This document shows, piece after piece, positions 18,161 through 28,027 of a DNA stretch of 64,000 nucleotides. Source of the DNA: Ignavibacteriaceae bacterium (GTDB lineage: Bacteria; Bacteroidota; Ignavibacteria; Ignavibacteriales; Ignavibacteriaceae). The stretch lies in the NCBI GenBank assembly GCA_031292455.1, contig JARLHC010000056.1, positions 49,084 through 113,083 of the forward strand, read 5' to 3'. Position numbers and translations under genes: made by a program. The notes under the pieces were generated by a model that saw only the letters and a list, made by a program, of their open reading frames with translations, was not told the origin of the DNA and searched no databases. Position 1 is the first letter of the stretch. Each line of letters starts with the position of its first letter.

Positions 18161-19111
18161 ATGGAAGTCTTAATTACTCGTGAAATTCCACTTATTGCAG
18201 AAACTCTCCTGAAGGAAAAGAAATTTAAGGTTACAGTTATCAGGGAGAATCGTCCTATACCACGGAATATACTAATTAAAAATGTCTCTAAAATAAATGC
18301 CTTGGTCTCTCTCCTCTCTGATAAGATCGATAAAGAAGTAATTGATGCAATGCCCTTATGTAAGGTTATCGCTAATTATGCAGTCGGCTATAATAACATC
18401 GACATTGAATACGCTAAAAGTAAAGGGATTATTGTAACCAATACTCCTGATGTATTAACAGAATCAACTGCCGATATAGCGTTAGCACTTACCCTTGCCT
18501 GCGCTAGAAGGATCCCCGAAGGGCATGAGATGATGAAATCTAACGGGTTTAAAGGATGGGGCCCCAAACTTCTCCTGGGCATTGAACTTAAAGGAAAATA
18601 CTTCGGTGTTATTGGCGCCGGTAGAATAGGTACCGCAACTGCTATCAGAGCAAAAGCTTTCGGAACTAAAATACTCTATTACTCAAATCATAAAAATGAA
18701 TATCTGGAATCTGCTGTAGGCGCAAGAAAAGTATCCCTCCCCCGGTTACTTTCCATGTCGGATGTCATATCTCTGCACCTCCCCCTTACCCCGGCTTCCT
18801 ACCATCTGTTAAATAAGGAAAATCTAAAATTATTAAAACCAACTGCCATTCTGATAAATACCGCAAGAGGCGAAATTGTCGATGAAAAAGTACTGATTAA
18901 AATGCTCAGGAATAATAAAATCTTCGCGGCTGGATTTGATGTCTACGAAAATGAACCCAATATAAATCCCGATTTGCTTAAATTAAATAATGTCGTTTTG
19001 CTTCCACATGTAGGCAGTGGTACTGTTGAGGCAAGGAACAAAATGGCAGAATTAGTAGCTAAAAATGTGATCGCTGTACTTTCTGGAAAGAAACCGGTCA
19101 CACCTGTCTAA
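18161..19111 (+). CDS. D-isomer-specific 2-hydroxyacid dehydrogenase (glyoxylate/hydroxypyruvate reductase-like)
   Basis: NAD-binding motif GVIGAGRIGTA, then NTARGEIVDE and HVGSGT (catalytic His). I place the start at the ATG at 18161 (MEVLITREIP). The listed start at 18077 lies inside the preceding gene. Confidence 0.85.
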   Translation: MEVLITREIPLIAETLLKEKKFKVTVIRENRPIPRNILIKNVSKINALVSLLSDKIDKEVIDAMPLCKVIANYAVGYNNIDIEYAKSKGIIVTNTPDVLTESTADIALALTLACARRIPEGHEMMKSNGFKGWGPKLLLGIELKGKYFGVIGAGRIGTATAIRAKAFGTKILYYSNHKNEYLESAVGARKVSLPRLLSMSDVISLHLPLTPASYHLLNKENLKLLKPTAILINTARGEIVDEKVLIKMLRNNKIFAAGFDVYENEPNINPDLLKLNNVVLLPHVGSGTVEARNKMAELVAKNVIAVLSGKKPVTPV

Positions 19112-19168
19112 TTTGACACTAAAATACTTTATAGGTAGTTTTACATATAAATTTAGGGCGGCAATTTT

Positions 19169-20290
19169 ATGAAAATAGGAATACCAAAAGAGAATATCGA
19201 AAAAGAACGTAGAGTTGGACTGGCTCCTGCCGGTGTCGATTCTCTCATTAGAAAAGGTCATACCGTATTTGTTCAAAGTAGCGCTGGCGAAGGATGCCAT
19301 TTTACCGATGAGGATTATATAAAAACCGGAGCATCTATAGTTTATAGTGCCGAGGAAGTTTATATGCGCTCCGAGGTTATCGTTAAGGTCGCTCCTATTT
19401 CTAATCATGAAAATACCCTTATTCAGGATAATCAGATACTCTTCTCTTCCCTGCATCTTGCTGTGGGTAAAAAAAGTATTATAGAAGGACTTCTAAAGAA
19501 AAATATTACTGCTATCGCCTACGAACTTATAGAAAATGAACAAGGACTCCCTGTCCTCCATTCTATGAGCGAGATCGCCGGTCCTCTTTCTATTCAGGTT
19601 GCTGAAAAATATCTGGAAAGCTATAGCAAAGTGGGACGTGGAATCCTCTTGGGTGGTATTACTGGCGTTGCTCCTGCCGCTGTCGTTGTATTGGGCGCTG
19701 GTGTTGTAGGTACTTCCGCTGTCCGCGCTGCTCTCGGCAGGGGAGCTCAGGTTATTGTTATCGATAAGGACCTCAATAGACTAAGAAAGATTGACTCCGT
19801 TTTTAATAAAAGAGTCACTACCGTTATGGCTAACCCCTATACAATTTCACGCGGGGTAAAATTTGCTGACGTTCTCATCGGCGCTGTTTTAATTAAAGGG
19901 GAAAAAACTCCCCATATTGTTACCGAAGAAATGGTTAGCCAAATGAAGAAGGGTGCCGTTATTGTCGATGTTGCCATCGATCAGGGTGGCTGTATCGAAA
20001 CTAGCAGAATAACCTCGCTTTCTGATCCTGTATTTATTTATAAGGATGTTATTCACTACTGCGTTCCTAATATGCCTGCGCTGGTTTCCAGAACTGCAAG
20101 CTATGGCTTAACTAATGCTTCCTTGCCCTACATTCAGAATATTGCCGATAATGGACTCTCTAATGCCCTGCAGGGCGATGACGGCCTGGGTAAAGGAGTT
20201 TGTACCTATAATGGCTTCTGCTCTAATGAAGCTATCGCTAATGTGTTTGATCTCGAATATCGCAAATTAAGAGTTTTCTCAACTAATTAG
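19169..20290 (+). CDS. ald: Alanine dehydrogenase
   Basis: MKIGIPKENIEKERRVGLAPAGV... at the N-terminus, Rossmann motif VVVLGAGVVGTSA, and a 373-aa length typical of Ald. Confidence 0.85.
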   Translation: MKIGIPKENIEKERRVGLAPAGVDSLIRKGHTVFVQSSAGEGCHFTDEDYIKTGASIVYSAEEVYMRSEVIVKVAPISNHENTLIQDNQILFSSLHLAVGKKSIIEGLLKKNITAIAYELIENEQGLPVLHSMSEIAGPLSIQVAEKYLESYSKVGRGILLGGITGVAPAAVVVLGAGVVGTSAVRAALGRGAQVIVIDKDLNRLRKIDSVFNKRVTTVMANPYTISRGVKFADVLIGAVLIKGEKTPHIVTEEMVSQMKKGAVIVDVAIDQGGCIETSRITSLSDPVFIYKDVIHYCVPNMPALVSRTASYGLTNASLPYIQNIADNGLSNALQGDDGLGKGVCTYNGFCSNEAIANVFDLEYRKLRVFSTN

Positions 20291-20304
20291 TTTCTTGAAC
20301 CTTT

Positions 20305-21648
20305 ATGACCATTGAAAATACCCGTGCCGATAATTTTACATCTATTTTAAATAACTATAAAGCTAAGATCGTTAACGCAGATGAAGCTGTCCGCTGCATT
20401 AAATCTCATAATAAAATAATAATCCATTCAAATTGCGCTTTCCCATCTGCTTTGGTTGAAGCAATGGTTAGAAGAAAAGATGAGCTGGAACAGGTTGAGA
20501 TTTATCATGCATTGACCGTTGGCGAACTCCCTTACCTGCGCCCCGGTATGGAAGGACATTTCCTCCATAACGCTGCTTTTATTGGTAGTAATGCCAGAGA
20601 AGCTGTCCAGGATGGAAGAGCCGACTTTATTCCAATCTTTCTTTCTGAACTACCCCTTCTCTATAAAAATGGTAGGATTAAAATCGATGTCGCTCTTATC
20701 CATGTTTCCCCTCCTGACGAACATGGCTTCTGTAGCTATGGAGTCGAAGTCGGCTTAACTAAAACCGGCGCTGAGTCAGCCTCTATCATAATTGCTCAGG
20801 TAAATAAAAATATGCCCCGCACTCTCGGCGATAGCTTCATCCATGTAAGCAAAATTAACTATATGATCGAATCTGATGAACCGATTAAAGAATTACCCCG
20901 ACTTGAAGTTATTACTCCCGATATGGCTGATGTGTATTCTAAAATTGGCGGGAATATAGCCGGACTTATTGAAGATGGCTCTACTCTTCAGCTCGGCATT
21001 GGCGCTATTCCCGATGCAGTCCTTGGCTACCTTTACGAAAAAAAAGCTCTCGGTATTCATACCGAAATGTTTACCGATGGGGTTATCGATCTCGTCGATC
21101 GCGGAATTATTACTAATGAAATGAAGACTATTCACCCCGGTAAAATTATCGCTGGCTTTGTTCTCGGTACTCGGAAATTGTACGACTTTATTCACAATAA
21201 CCCCCTCATTGAATTTCACAGACAGGAATACGTTAACGACCCCTATATTATCTCTAAGAATTATAAAATGGTTGCTATCAATTCTGCTATAGAAGTCGAC
21301 CTCACTGGTCAGGTTTGTAGCGACTCTATCGGCACTAAACTGTTCAGCGGCTTCGGCGGACAGGTCGATTTTATTAGAGGCGCAGCCAGATCTGAAGGTG
21401 GCAAACCTATAATCGCTCTCCCTTCTTCTGCTAAGAATAATACTATCTCCAAAATTGTTCCGTTCCTTAAACAGGGGGCCGGCGTCGTTACAAGCAGAGG
21501 TGACGTCCATTATGTGGTTACTGAATATGGGGTTGCTCAGTTGTTCGGCAAGTGTGTCAGGGAAAGAGTTAAAGAACTCGTTAATATCGCTCATCCTGAT
21601 TTCAGGGAAGATTTAATGAAATATGCTGTCGACAATAAATATGTCTGA
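20305..21648 (+). CDS. Acetyl-CoA hydrolase/transferase family protein (4-hydroxybutyrate/succinate CoA-transferase-like)
   Basis: 447 aa. Family motifs: LQLGIGAIPDAV, HTEMFTDG, SGFGGQVDFIRGA, VVTEYG. Confidence 0.85.
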   Translation: MTIENTRADNFTSILNNYKAKIVNADEAVRCIKSHNKIIIHSNCAFPSALVEAMVRRKDELEQVEIYHALTVGELPYLRPGMEGHFLHNAAFIGSNAREAVQDGRADFIPIFLSELPLLYKNGRIKIDVALIHVSPPDEHGFCSYGVEVGLTKTGAESASIIIAQVNKNMPRTLGDSFIHVSKINYMIESDEPIKELPRLEVITPDMADVYSKIGGNIAGLIEDGSTLQLGIGAIPDAVLGYLYEKKALGIHTEMFTDGVIDLVDRGIITNEMKTIHPGKIIAGFVLGTRKLYDFIHNNPLIEFHRQEYVNDPYIISKNYKMVAINSAIEVDLTGQVCSDSIGTKLFSGFGGQVDFIRGAARSEGGKPIIALPSSAKNNTISKIVPFLKQGAGVVTSRGDVHYVVTEYGVAQLFGKCVRERVKELVNIAHPDFREDLMKYAVDNKYV

Positions 21649-21651
21649 TTT

Positions 21652-22350
21652 ATGATTGCTGTTATCGGTGATATCCATGGGTGCTTCTATACCTTAAAAG
21701 ATCTTGTTGATAAAATAAGAAGTACCTATCCACAGGCCGCCATCTATTGCGTCGGCGATCTTGTCGATAGGGGTAACTTCAGTCTTGAAACTATTGACTT
21801 TATTCGCAATCAGGGCATTATCGCTACCTCGGGCAACCATGACTTAATGTTCTATTATTCCCTCACTGATCCTGATAATGAAATTGGTAAATGCTGGGTG
21901 TTTAATGGCTGCGAAACTACTATGGCTTCTTACTCCAATCAACAGGATAAAGTCGCCGAGCATCTTAACTATGTTGCCAATTTGCCCCTGTATATTAATT
22001 TAGAAGATTGCTTTATCTCTCACGCTGGCGTTTCTACTTTTTTTAATGATGATCTGTCCCCCTACCCTTTATCAGATGAAATTAAATTCCATGATCTGAT
22101 AAAAACTAATATCAATAGGGAACATGGCATTATCTGGAATAGGGAACATTTAATGGATCTCGGGAAACTTCAGATAGTCGGACATACACGCCAGAATAAT
22201 GTTAACCATCTGAAATCAAACAATGTTGCTTATGTTGATACTTCAGTCTATACAGGAAATAAATTAAGCTCTGTCATTGTTGAAGAAGGAAAAATTATCA
22301 ATACCTTGTCTGTAAATACGTTTCCCCGCGATATAGAAAAACTATCATAG
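21652..22350 (+). CDS. Metallophosphoesterase (PPP-family Ser/Thr phosphatase, PrpA/ApaH-like)
   Basis: The PPP signature is present in order: GDIHGC, GDLVDRGN, GNHD. Confidence 0.8.
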   Translation: MIAVIGDIHGCFYTLKDLVDKIRSTYPQAAIYCVGDLVDRGNFSLETIDFIRNQGIIATSGNHDLMFYYSLTDPDNEIGKCWVFNGCETTMASYSNQQDKVAEHLNYVANLPLYINLEDCFISHAGVSTFFNDDLSPYPLSDEIKFHDLIKTNINREHGIIWNREHLMDLGKLQIVGHTRQNNVNHLKSNNVAYVDTSVYTGNKLSSVIVEEGKIINTLSVNTFPRDIEKLS

Positions 22351-22352
22351 CT

Positions 22353-22919
22353 CTATCTGATTATAAACCTCATGATTGGTCTCGTCCTGCTCCTCCGTGC
22401 TGCTTCCTTAAATCCTGCTCTCTCAAACGATGATGGTATCCCCGTCCAGGCAAATGCGGCTGGTATGTTCTCAGAGTACGGCTCTGCAGGATAGGCCTCC
22501 ACTATCTTAGCTCCTCTCTCCTTGCAGAACTTTACCACATTCTTCAATAATTTAGTCGATAACCCCTGCCTCCTGTATCCTTTCGCTATGAATAAGCAGC
22601 TTACAGACCATACTTCCTTTCCATCTATCGGACTCAGGACTCTCGAGTTTTCCAGCTTCACATAAACTTCTCTGGGAGCCGCTGCACACCACCCTGCAGG
22701 TACATTGTTCACATATGCAATTACTCCGGGCTCCTCATTTCGGTAAACTATCTTCTTCAGCAGTTTCTTGTTTCCCTCTCCTTTATTTGCATTAAATTCC
22801 TTGGTGTGTAGTCTCCATGTCATGCACCAGCATCCCCCGCACGCACCCCTCGCCCCAAATAACTTTTCCAAATCCTTCCACCTTGATTTGTCTACAGGGA
22901 AAAATTCAAGTTTATCCAT
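22353..22919 (-). CDS. GNAT family N-acetyltransferase
   Basis: Acetyl-CoA-binding segment YRRQGLSTKLLKNVVKF. The N-terminal Cys-rich segment GACGGCWCMTWR occurs in a GNAT subfamily. Confidence 0.75.
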   Translation of the reverse strand: MDKLEFFPVDKSRWKDLEKLFGARGACGGCWCMTWRLHTKEFNANKGEGNKKLLKKIVYRNEEPGVIAYVNNVPAGWCAAAPREVYVKLENSRVLSPIDGKEVWSVSCLFIAKGYRRQGLSTKLLKNVVKFCKERGAKIVEAYPAEPYSENIPAAFAWTGIPSSFERAGFKEAARRSRTRPIMRFIIR

Positions 22920-22948
22920 TGTATCACTCTGACGAAAAATTTAATAAT

Positions 22949-23830
22949 TTATTTCTTTACTAATTCAATTCTTGGATAACTTTTTAATACAGTATCCGGA
23001 ATCCCGTTCTTCAGTTTCTCTTTAAGTAACTGAATCATCTCAAAAGCATTCGCTGTTGCACTTCCCTTGGGATGGTTATTAAAGATTATGTAAATAGTCT
23101 TTACCTCCTCCTTTACTTCTTTTATTTTATCCCTTATTTCAATTAGCTCGCTTGGTGAATATAGGTAATCGTATCTTGCGCTCTGTTCTGCATATGTCTG
23201 CTCTTTATTGAAGTTCTGAATCGAGCTATACCATGCCTTTACATTTCTTCCATGAAGGTGCACATAAAGTATATCATTTGTCGCTACAGGGTTAAAGGAA
23301 ATTGATTTCGATATTTGTGGCTGGTCTATTACACAGAAAGATAAATCAGCTTCCTTAAAATACTTTATTATCTCTCCCTTATTCCATGAAGCATGCCTCA
23401 CATCTACTAATAATTTGTAATCATTAAAGATCTCTTTAAGTCTCTTTATATGACCTACTGATGCTTCATTAAATCCGAATGAATAAGGGAACTGGCAAAG
23501 TAGCCCTCCGAATTTTTCTTCCCTGCATAAAATATTTAAATTGTCAATTACTGCTTTCGTATTTTCTGATGTAAATAGTTTCTTATGTGTAAAGTCCTGG
23601 TGTAGCTTTATAGTAAACTTAAACTCATCATTATTCTCTGTCTTTTTAACCCACCCCTCCGCTGTCTTAGGGGAGAGGTATGCATAATATGTCGCATTAA
23701 CTTCAACTGTGTTAAAATAACTCGAATAAAAATTCAGCCAGTCAAAGCTGGTAGTCTGTGCCTTTGGATAAAATGTCGGAACCCAATCAGTATAGCTCCA
23801 CCCCGCAGTACCGATATAAAATTTTGCCAT
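22949..23830 (-). CDS. DUF72 domain-containing protein
   Basis: N-terminus YIGTAGWSYTDWVPTFYP, then FNTVEVNATYY and FELRH-type segments typical of DUF72 (YecE-like). Confidence 0.8.
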   Translation of the reverse strand: MAKFYIGTAGWSYTDWVPTFYPKAQTTSFDWLNFYSSYFNTVEVNATYYAYLSPKTAEGWVKKTENNDEFKFTIKLHQDFTHKKLFTSENTKAVIDNLNILCREEKFGGLLCQFPYSFGFNEASVGHIKRLKEIFNDYKLLVDVRHASWNKGEIIKYFKEADLSFCVIDQPQISKSISFNPVATNDILYVHLHGRNVKAWYSSIQNFNKEQTYAEQSARYDYLYSPSELIEIRDKIKEVKEEVKTIYIIFNNHPKGSATANAFEMIQLLKEKLKNGIPDTVLKSYPRIELVKK

Positions 23831-24080
23831 ATTATTAATTATTTGTTACTAGTTATGAACTTTTATTAATGAAAATTTACTAATATTAATTATTATTTCG
23901 GCCACTCATTATTTTTGTTTGATAAACTCTCCTGCTTCTTCTCTTCCCCCCGGTTTTTCCCCGCACCATTCAAATTTTACGTTAGCTTGTACCATAATGA
24001 AACATCAAAAGCTAACAAAATAATCTACAATTTATTGCGAAAATAGCTCAAAAATACACCCTCCAAATAATACCTTTAAG

Positions 24081-24104
24081 CGAGAGATGAACGAGAGATG
24101 AACG
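24081..24104. repeat. Perfect tandem 11-mer CGAGAGATGAA x2 (plus CG)
   Basis: 24081-24091 and 24092-24102 are identical. They lie in a 488-nt ORF-less divergent intergenic region. Confidence 0.6.
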
Positions 24105-24318
24105 GCTCAGTAACGACTCAGGTGTTCCTCTTACACCTTTTACCCCTTCCTGTATCAAAATGATACCTTAAAAGGACTGTACCCCTTCTCCCTAAATTCA
24201 ATAAAAATGCTCTCTGACCTCAGGCATTTTAATATACAATCACTTTATTCAAATTAATAGCAAATTGCCGTTTGTTCAAAGATTGCATCTCCCGCCTGTA
24301 TTCTTTAAGTTTGAAATA

Positions 24319-24969
24319 ATGAAAAACATTTATATACTATCATTCCTTTTAACCCTCTTACTGATGGGATGTTCTTCCACCTTAACAATAGAGAATTTCT
24401 CCTCTAAAGATAAATTCTATGAGAACTTTAATAAATTCGCTAAAGATAAAGATCTTAATGTAGTATTAACCAATGACAGTGCCTTTACTCTTACCCATGG
24501 AGCTGTATTGGAAAATGATACCTTATTCTCATTCGGTAAACCTGACCATAAAACCCTTTCCATGTCTGATCTGAAAAAGATAAATTATACTACCAACGAT
24601 TATAAATCTGCCGATGTTCTAACAGAAAAAGATGAAAAATTTAAAGCGGAAAATATTATTGCTCACAATGATTCTATTAGCTTTGTTGTAATAGATCCCC
24701 AACAGGCAGGTCATAATATTATTCCTGTATCTCAAATTAAAACTGTAAGTTATAAAAATAGGTGGCTTAGATTGCCCCTCGGGATTCTGGCAGGTGGGTT
24801 TACAGGTCTGTTAACAGGTGGTTTAATCGTCGCCAACGTAAACGCTGGTAAAGATGATTCTGGTATTGTTTCAGGTGGTGAAATAATCCCTGCTGTCCTG
24901 GGTGCCGTAATCGGAGGTATTATTGGCATTATATCGGGTTATGACTATTACTACCAGTTTAATATATAG
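24319..24969 (+). CDS. Hypothetical lipoprotein with C-terminal glycine-zipper membrane segment
   Basis: The ATG at 24319 gives MKNIYILSFLLTLLLMGCSS (lipobox). The C-terminus reads GILAGGFTGLLTGGLIV ... AVLGAVIGGIIGIISG. The listed start at 24265 is a TTG with no signal peptide. Confidence 0.55.
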   Translation: MKNIYILSFLLTLLLMGCSSTLTIENFSSKDKFYENFNKFAKDKDLNVVLTNDSAFTLTHGAVLENDTLFSFGKPDHKTLSMSDLKKINYTTNDYKSADVLTEKDEKFKAENIIAHNDSISFVVIDPQQAGHNIIPVSQIKTVSYKNRWLRLPLGILAGGFTGLLTGGLIVANVNAGKDDSGIVSGGEIIPAVLGAVIGGIIGIISGYDYYYQFNI

Positions 24970-25154
24970 TAAAATAATTTGCTTAAATTCTACTAATTTT
25001 ATGATGAGTAATATGCTCATGCAGAATTTAATCTGTATAACATCCATTACCTTCTGAAAAAATTTGATTAACTTTGAAAAATTGTATATTTACTATATCT
25101 GTCAATTTTATATCATGTCTTATCAATAAAAATTCCGGCATGTGATACATAACT

Positions 25155-25751
25155 ATGGTTTTACCCAATCAATTAACTGTACTTAGAATAATTCTCTCCC
25201 CAATCTTCCTGTTCTTTTTTCTATCGGGTAACCCTCTGTTTAGACAGATATCCATAGCCATTTTTATTGTTGCCGCACTAACTGATTGGTACGACGGCTG
25301 GCTTGCACGCAAATTTAATTATATTACCGACTGGGGAAAATTCTGGGATCCCCTTGCTGATAAAATTCTTACCTCTACTGCTTTTATCGGTCTCGTAATC
25401 CTCGGCATCCTTCAACTGTGGATGGTGATTATTATCTTGTTAAGAGATTTTATAATAACTATTCTCAGGGCCTATGCCGATTATAAGGGAGCTTCCTTCC
25501 CTACAAGCAATTATGCAAAAGCCAAAACTTTCATCCAGATGGCCTTTCTCTATTATTTGCTCGTCCTTTATACCGGTATCAATACGCCCCAGGTCTTTAA
25601 CGGTCATGAGAAAATATTCTTTGTTTTAATGGATGGATCATTTATTTATTACACTATGTTATTTATTACAATCATTACTTTTCATTCCGGTGTTACATAC
25701 ATTTACAAAAACTGGCATTTAATATTGAGGCTCTTCAGATTTGAAACTTAG
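25155..25751 (+). CDS. pgsA: CDP-diacylglycerol--glycerol-3-phosphate 3-phosphatidyltransferase
   Basis: CDP-alcohol phosphatidyltransferase motif DWYDGWLARKFNYITDWGKFWDPLADK. The protein is polytopic. Confidence 0.85.
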   Translation: MVLPNQLTVLRIILSPIFLFFFLSGNPLFRQISIAIFIVAALTDWYDGWLARKFNYITDWGKFWDPLADKILTSTAFIGLVILGILQLWMVIIILLRDFIITILRAYADYKGASFPTSNYAKAKTFIQMAFLYYLLVLYTGINTPQVFNGHEKIFFVLMDGSFIYYTMLFITIITFHSGVTYIYKNWHLILRLFRFET

Positions 25752-26196
25752 CTTTTTTGAAAAACTTATTGGCTCCGGCTTTTATACCGGTTATATCCCC
25801 TTGGCATCCGGTACCTGGGGAAGTCTCGCTGCCCTGATAATCTATTTAATCCCTGGCTTTGAAAAACCAGCGGTCATTATACCCGCTATTATAGTATTTA
25901 CTCTTTTGGGTGTTATCATAGGGAATAAATTTGATGTGGTCTACGGCAAAGATCCCGCTGAATGCACTGTCGATGAAGTCGTCGGAATGTGGATTTCCCT
26001 GTTATTCCTCCCTAAAACATTTCTCGTTGTAACATTAGCTTTCTTTTCTTGGAGAGCTTTCGATATTATTAAACCTCCTCCCGCTAGACAACTCGAAAGT
26101 CTGAAAGGGGGGGTGGGTATTATGATTGACGACATAGTCGCCGGGTTCTATTCCTTACTACTTCTTCATTTAATTTTATTTATTTTTAAACTTTAA
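25741..26196 (+). CDS. pgpA: Phosphatidylglycerophosphatase A
   Basis: GSGFYTGYIPLASGTWGSLAA ... DEVVGMW ... FRAFDIIKPPPA are PgpA motifs. The TTG start overlaps the pgsA 3' end by 11 nt. Confidence 0.8.
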   Translation: MKLSFFEKLIGSGFYTGYIPLASGTWGSLAALIIYLIPGFEKPAVIIPAIIVFTLLGVIIGNKFDVVYGKDPAECTVDEVVGMWISLLFLPKTFLVVTLAFFSWRAFDIIKPPPARQLESLKGGVGIMIDDIVAGFYSLLLLHLILFIFKL

Positions 26197-26221
26197 TAAT
26201 TTAGGCTGTCCGTATAATAAC

Positions 26222-27478
26222 ATGAACGCTCATATACTTACTATTGGTGATGAAATCCTTATTGGCCAAACTCTCAATACTAATGCGGCTTATATCGGCA
26301 GTAAACTCATCGAACTAAATATAAATGTCTGTAAAACATCTGTTGTTGGGGATAATGAAAAAGTAATATTAAATGAATTTAAAGCTTGCTTTGATAAAAA
26401 CGACCTTGTTGTGGTTACTGGCGGTCTCGGACCTACTCATGATGATATAACAAGAAGCTGTGTTGTAAAATTCTTTAATACCGAACTTGTTATGAATGAC
26501 GATGTCCTCAAGGATGTTAATCAGATTTTCTCTAAAAGAGGAAGAATTGTTACAAAAGTTAATGAAGAACAGGCATTGGTGCCTAAAATTGCCAATGTTA
26601 TCAGGAATAGCCTCGGCACTGCACCCGGTATCTGGATTGAAAAAGACCAAAAAATATTTGTTGTAATGCCCGGTGTTCCCTTTGAAATGAAGGAAATGAT
26701 GGACTCCTATATTCTCCCTAAGCTTAATGAAAAAATTGGAGTTCCCGAATTCGTAACTGGAAGGATAAATCTCCAAACCACCGGCATCCCGGAATCCTAC
26801 CTCTATGAAAGGTTGGGAGATATCAATGAATTATTGAATGGCGCTCAAATGGCTTTCCTTCCAAGCCAGTACGGTGTTAAACTCCGCGTCACTGCTACCG
26901 ATAAATCATCGGATCTGGTAAATAATAAGCTTTCAGAAATTGAACAGAAAATCAGGAATAAAGTAGGAAGATTCGTTTTTGCTAAAGGTGAAGAAACCCT
27001 TGAAGAGGTTGTCGGCCGTCTGTTAAAAGAAAGGGAACTGACCCTTGCTGTAGCTGAATCATGCACTGGCGGTAATATCGCCAACCTTCTTACCAATATC
27101 AGCGGCAGCAGCGACTATTTTGAAAGGGGAGTGGTCTCTTATTCAAATGCATCAAAGGTCGAAATGCTCCAGGTCAATGAAGATACTATAATGGAACATG
27201 GGGCGGTTAGCCGTTCTGTGGCTGAACAAATGGCTAAGGGGATTAAATCTATTAGCGGAACTGATCTGGGACTTTCTGTTACCGGTATACTCGGTCCTAC
27301 TGGCGCTACTCCCGGTAAACCCATCGGTGTTGTATATATCGCCATTTGCGATAATATAACAAGCATTGTAAAGAAATTCCTCTTCGGTGAAGATCGAATC
27401 CTGAATAAACAAAGAGCTACTCAGGCAGCTCTTGATATGTTAAGAAAACATATCCTTGGAATTCAGCAGGATGAATAG
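26222..27478 (+). CDS. cinA: CinA family protein (MoCF-binding domain plus nicotinamide-nucleotide amidohydrolase PncC domain)
   Basis: N-terminal ILTIGDEILIGQTLNTNAAYI and VTGGLGPTHDDIT. C-terminal AVAESCTGGNIA and GLSVTGILGPTG. Confidence 0.9.
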   Translation: MNAHILTIGDEILIGQTLNTNAAYIGSKLIELNINVCKTSVVGDNEKVILNEFKACFDKNDLVVVTGGLGPTHDDITRSCVVKFFNTELVMNDDVLKDVNQIFSKRGRIVTKVNEEQALVPKIANVIRNSLGTAPGIWIEKDQKIFVVMPGVPFEMKEMMDSYILPKLNEKIGVPEFVTGRINLQTTGIPESYLYERLGDINELLNGAQMAFLPSQYGVKLRVTATDKSSDLVNNKLSEIEQKIRNKVGRFVFAKGEETLEEVVGRLLKERELTLAVAESCTGGNIANLLTNISGSSDYFERGVVSYSNASKVEMLQVNEDTIMEHGAVSRSVAEQMAKGIKSISGTDLGLSVTGILGPTGATPGKPIGVVYIAICDNITSIVKKFLFGEDRILNKQRATQAALDMLRKHILGIQQDE

Positions 27479-28016
27479 GCTTTTTATAGCATTAAAAATT
27501 CCTTTAAATATTAAAGAAGAAATTGTTAATTTAAGAAAGGACTTTTTACCGGGTTATGCAAAATATAAATGGGAACAAACAGATAAAATACATCTTACGC
27601 TGAAATTTATCGGCGAAGTAAAAGAGGAGCTTGTAAGTGAGATAATTAAAAAAATCTCATTTATAAATGAGTATAAAAAATTTGAATGCGGGTTAGATAA
27701 ATTTGATTTTTTTTACAGGAACGGAAAACCTTCTATATTCTTTCTTAAATTACAGATGGAAGAAAGAATAAATGAATTAGTCTTCCGGCTTAATAATGAA
27801 CTTGAAAAACTAAGTATCCCGTTGGAGAAAAAAGTATTTCACCCTCATGTTACTCTTCTCAGAATTAGAGGAGATGAGGACCTTGAATCTCTTAAGAAAA
27901 TGACGGATGCTGTTCTGAATAGTAAATTTACTGCCGGTGAGATCGCTCTCTACCAGAGCCTCCTTATCGCGCATGGATCAATATATAAAGAATTATTAAA
28001 TTATAAATTAAACTGA
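27471..28016 (+). CDS. thpR: RNA 2',3'-cyclic phosphodiesterase (2H phosphoesterase, ThpR/LigT)
   Basis: Two H-x-T-x motifs, HLTLKF and HVTLLR. The ATG at 27471 ([11 protein letters not shown]) overlaps the cinA stop by 8 nt. Confidence 0.8.
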   Translation: MNRLFIALKIPLNIKEEIVNLRKDFLPGYAKYKWEQTDKIHLTLKFIGEVKEELVSEIIKKISFINEYKKFECGLDKFDFFYRNGKPSIFFLKLQMEERINELVFRLNNELEKLSIPLEKKVFHPHVTLLRIRGDEDLESLKKMTDAVLNSKFTAGEIALYQSLLIAHGSIYKELLNYKLN

Positions 28017-28027
28017 TTGGAGGAACA

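Noticed and set aside
20893-21594. 233-aa ORF antisense to the CoA-transferase gene
   Set aside because: It lies entirely inside a gene with clear family motifs on the other strand. Its translation is low-complexity with no recognisable motif, so it is probably a chance antisense frame.
24265-24318. TTG-initiated 18-codon extension of the 24319 lipoprotein gene
   Set aside because: The ATG at 24319 gives a canonical lipoprotein signal (LLLMGCSS). The extension has no support.
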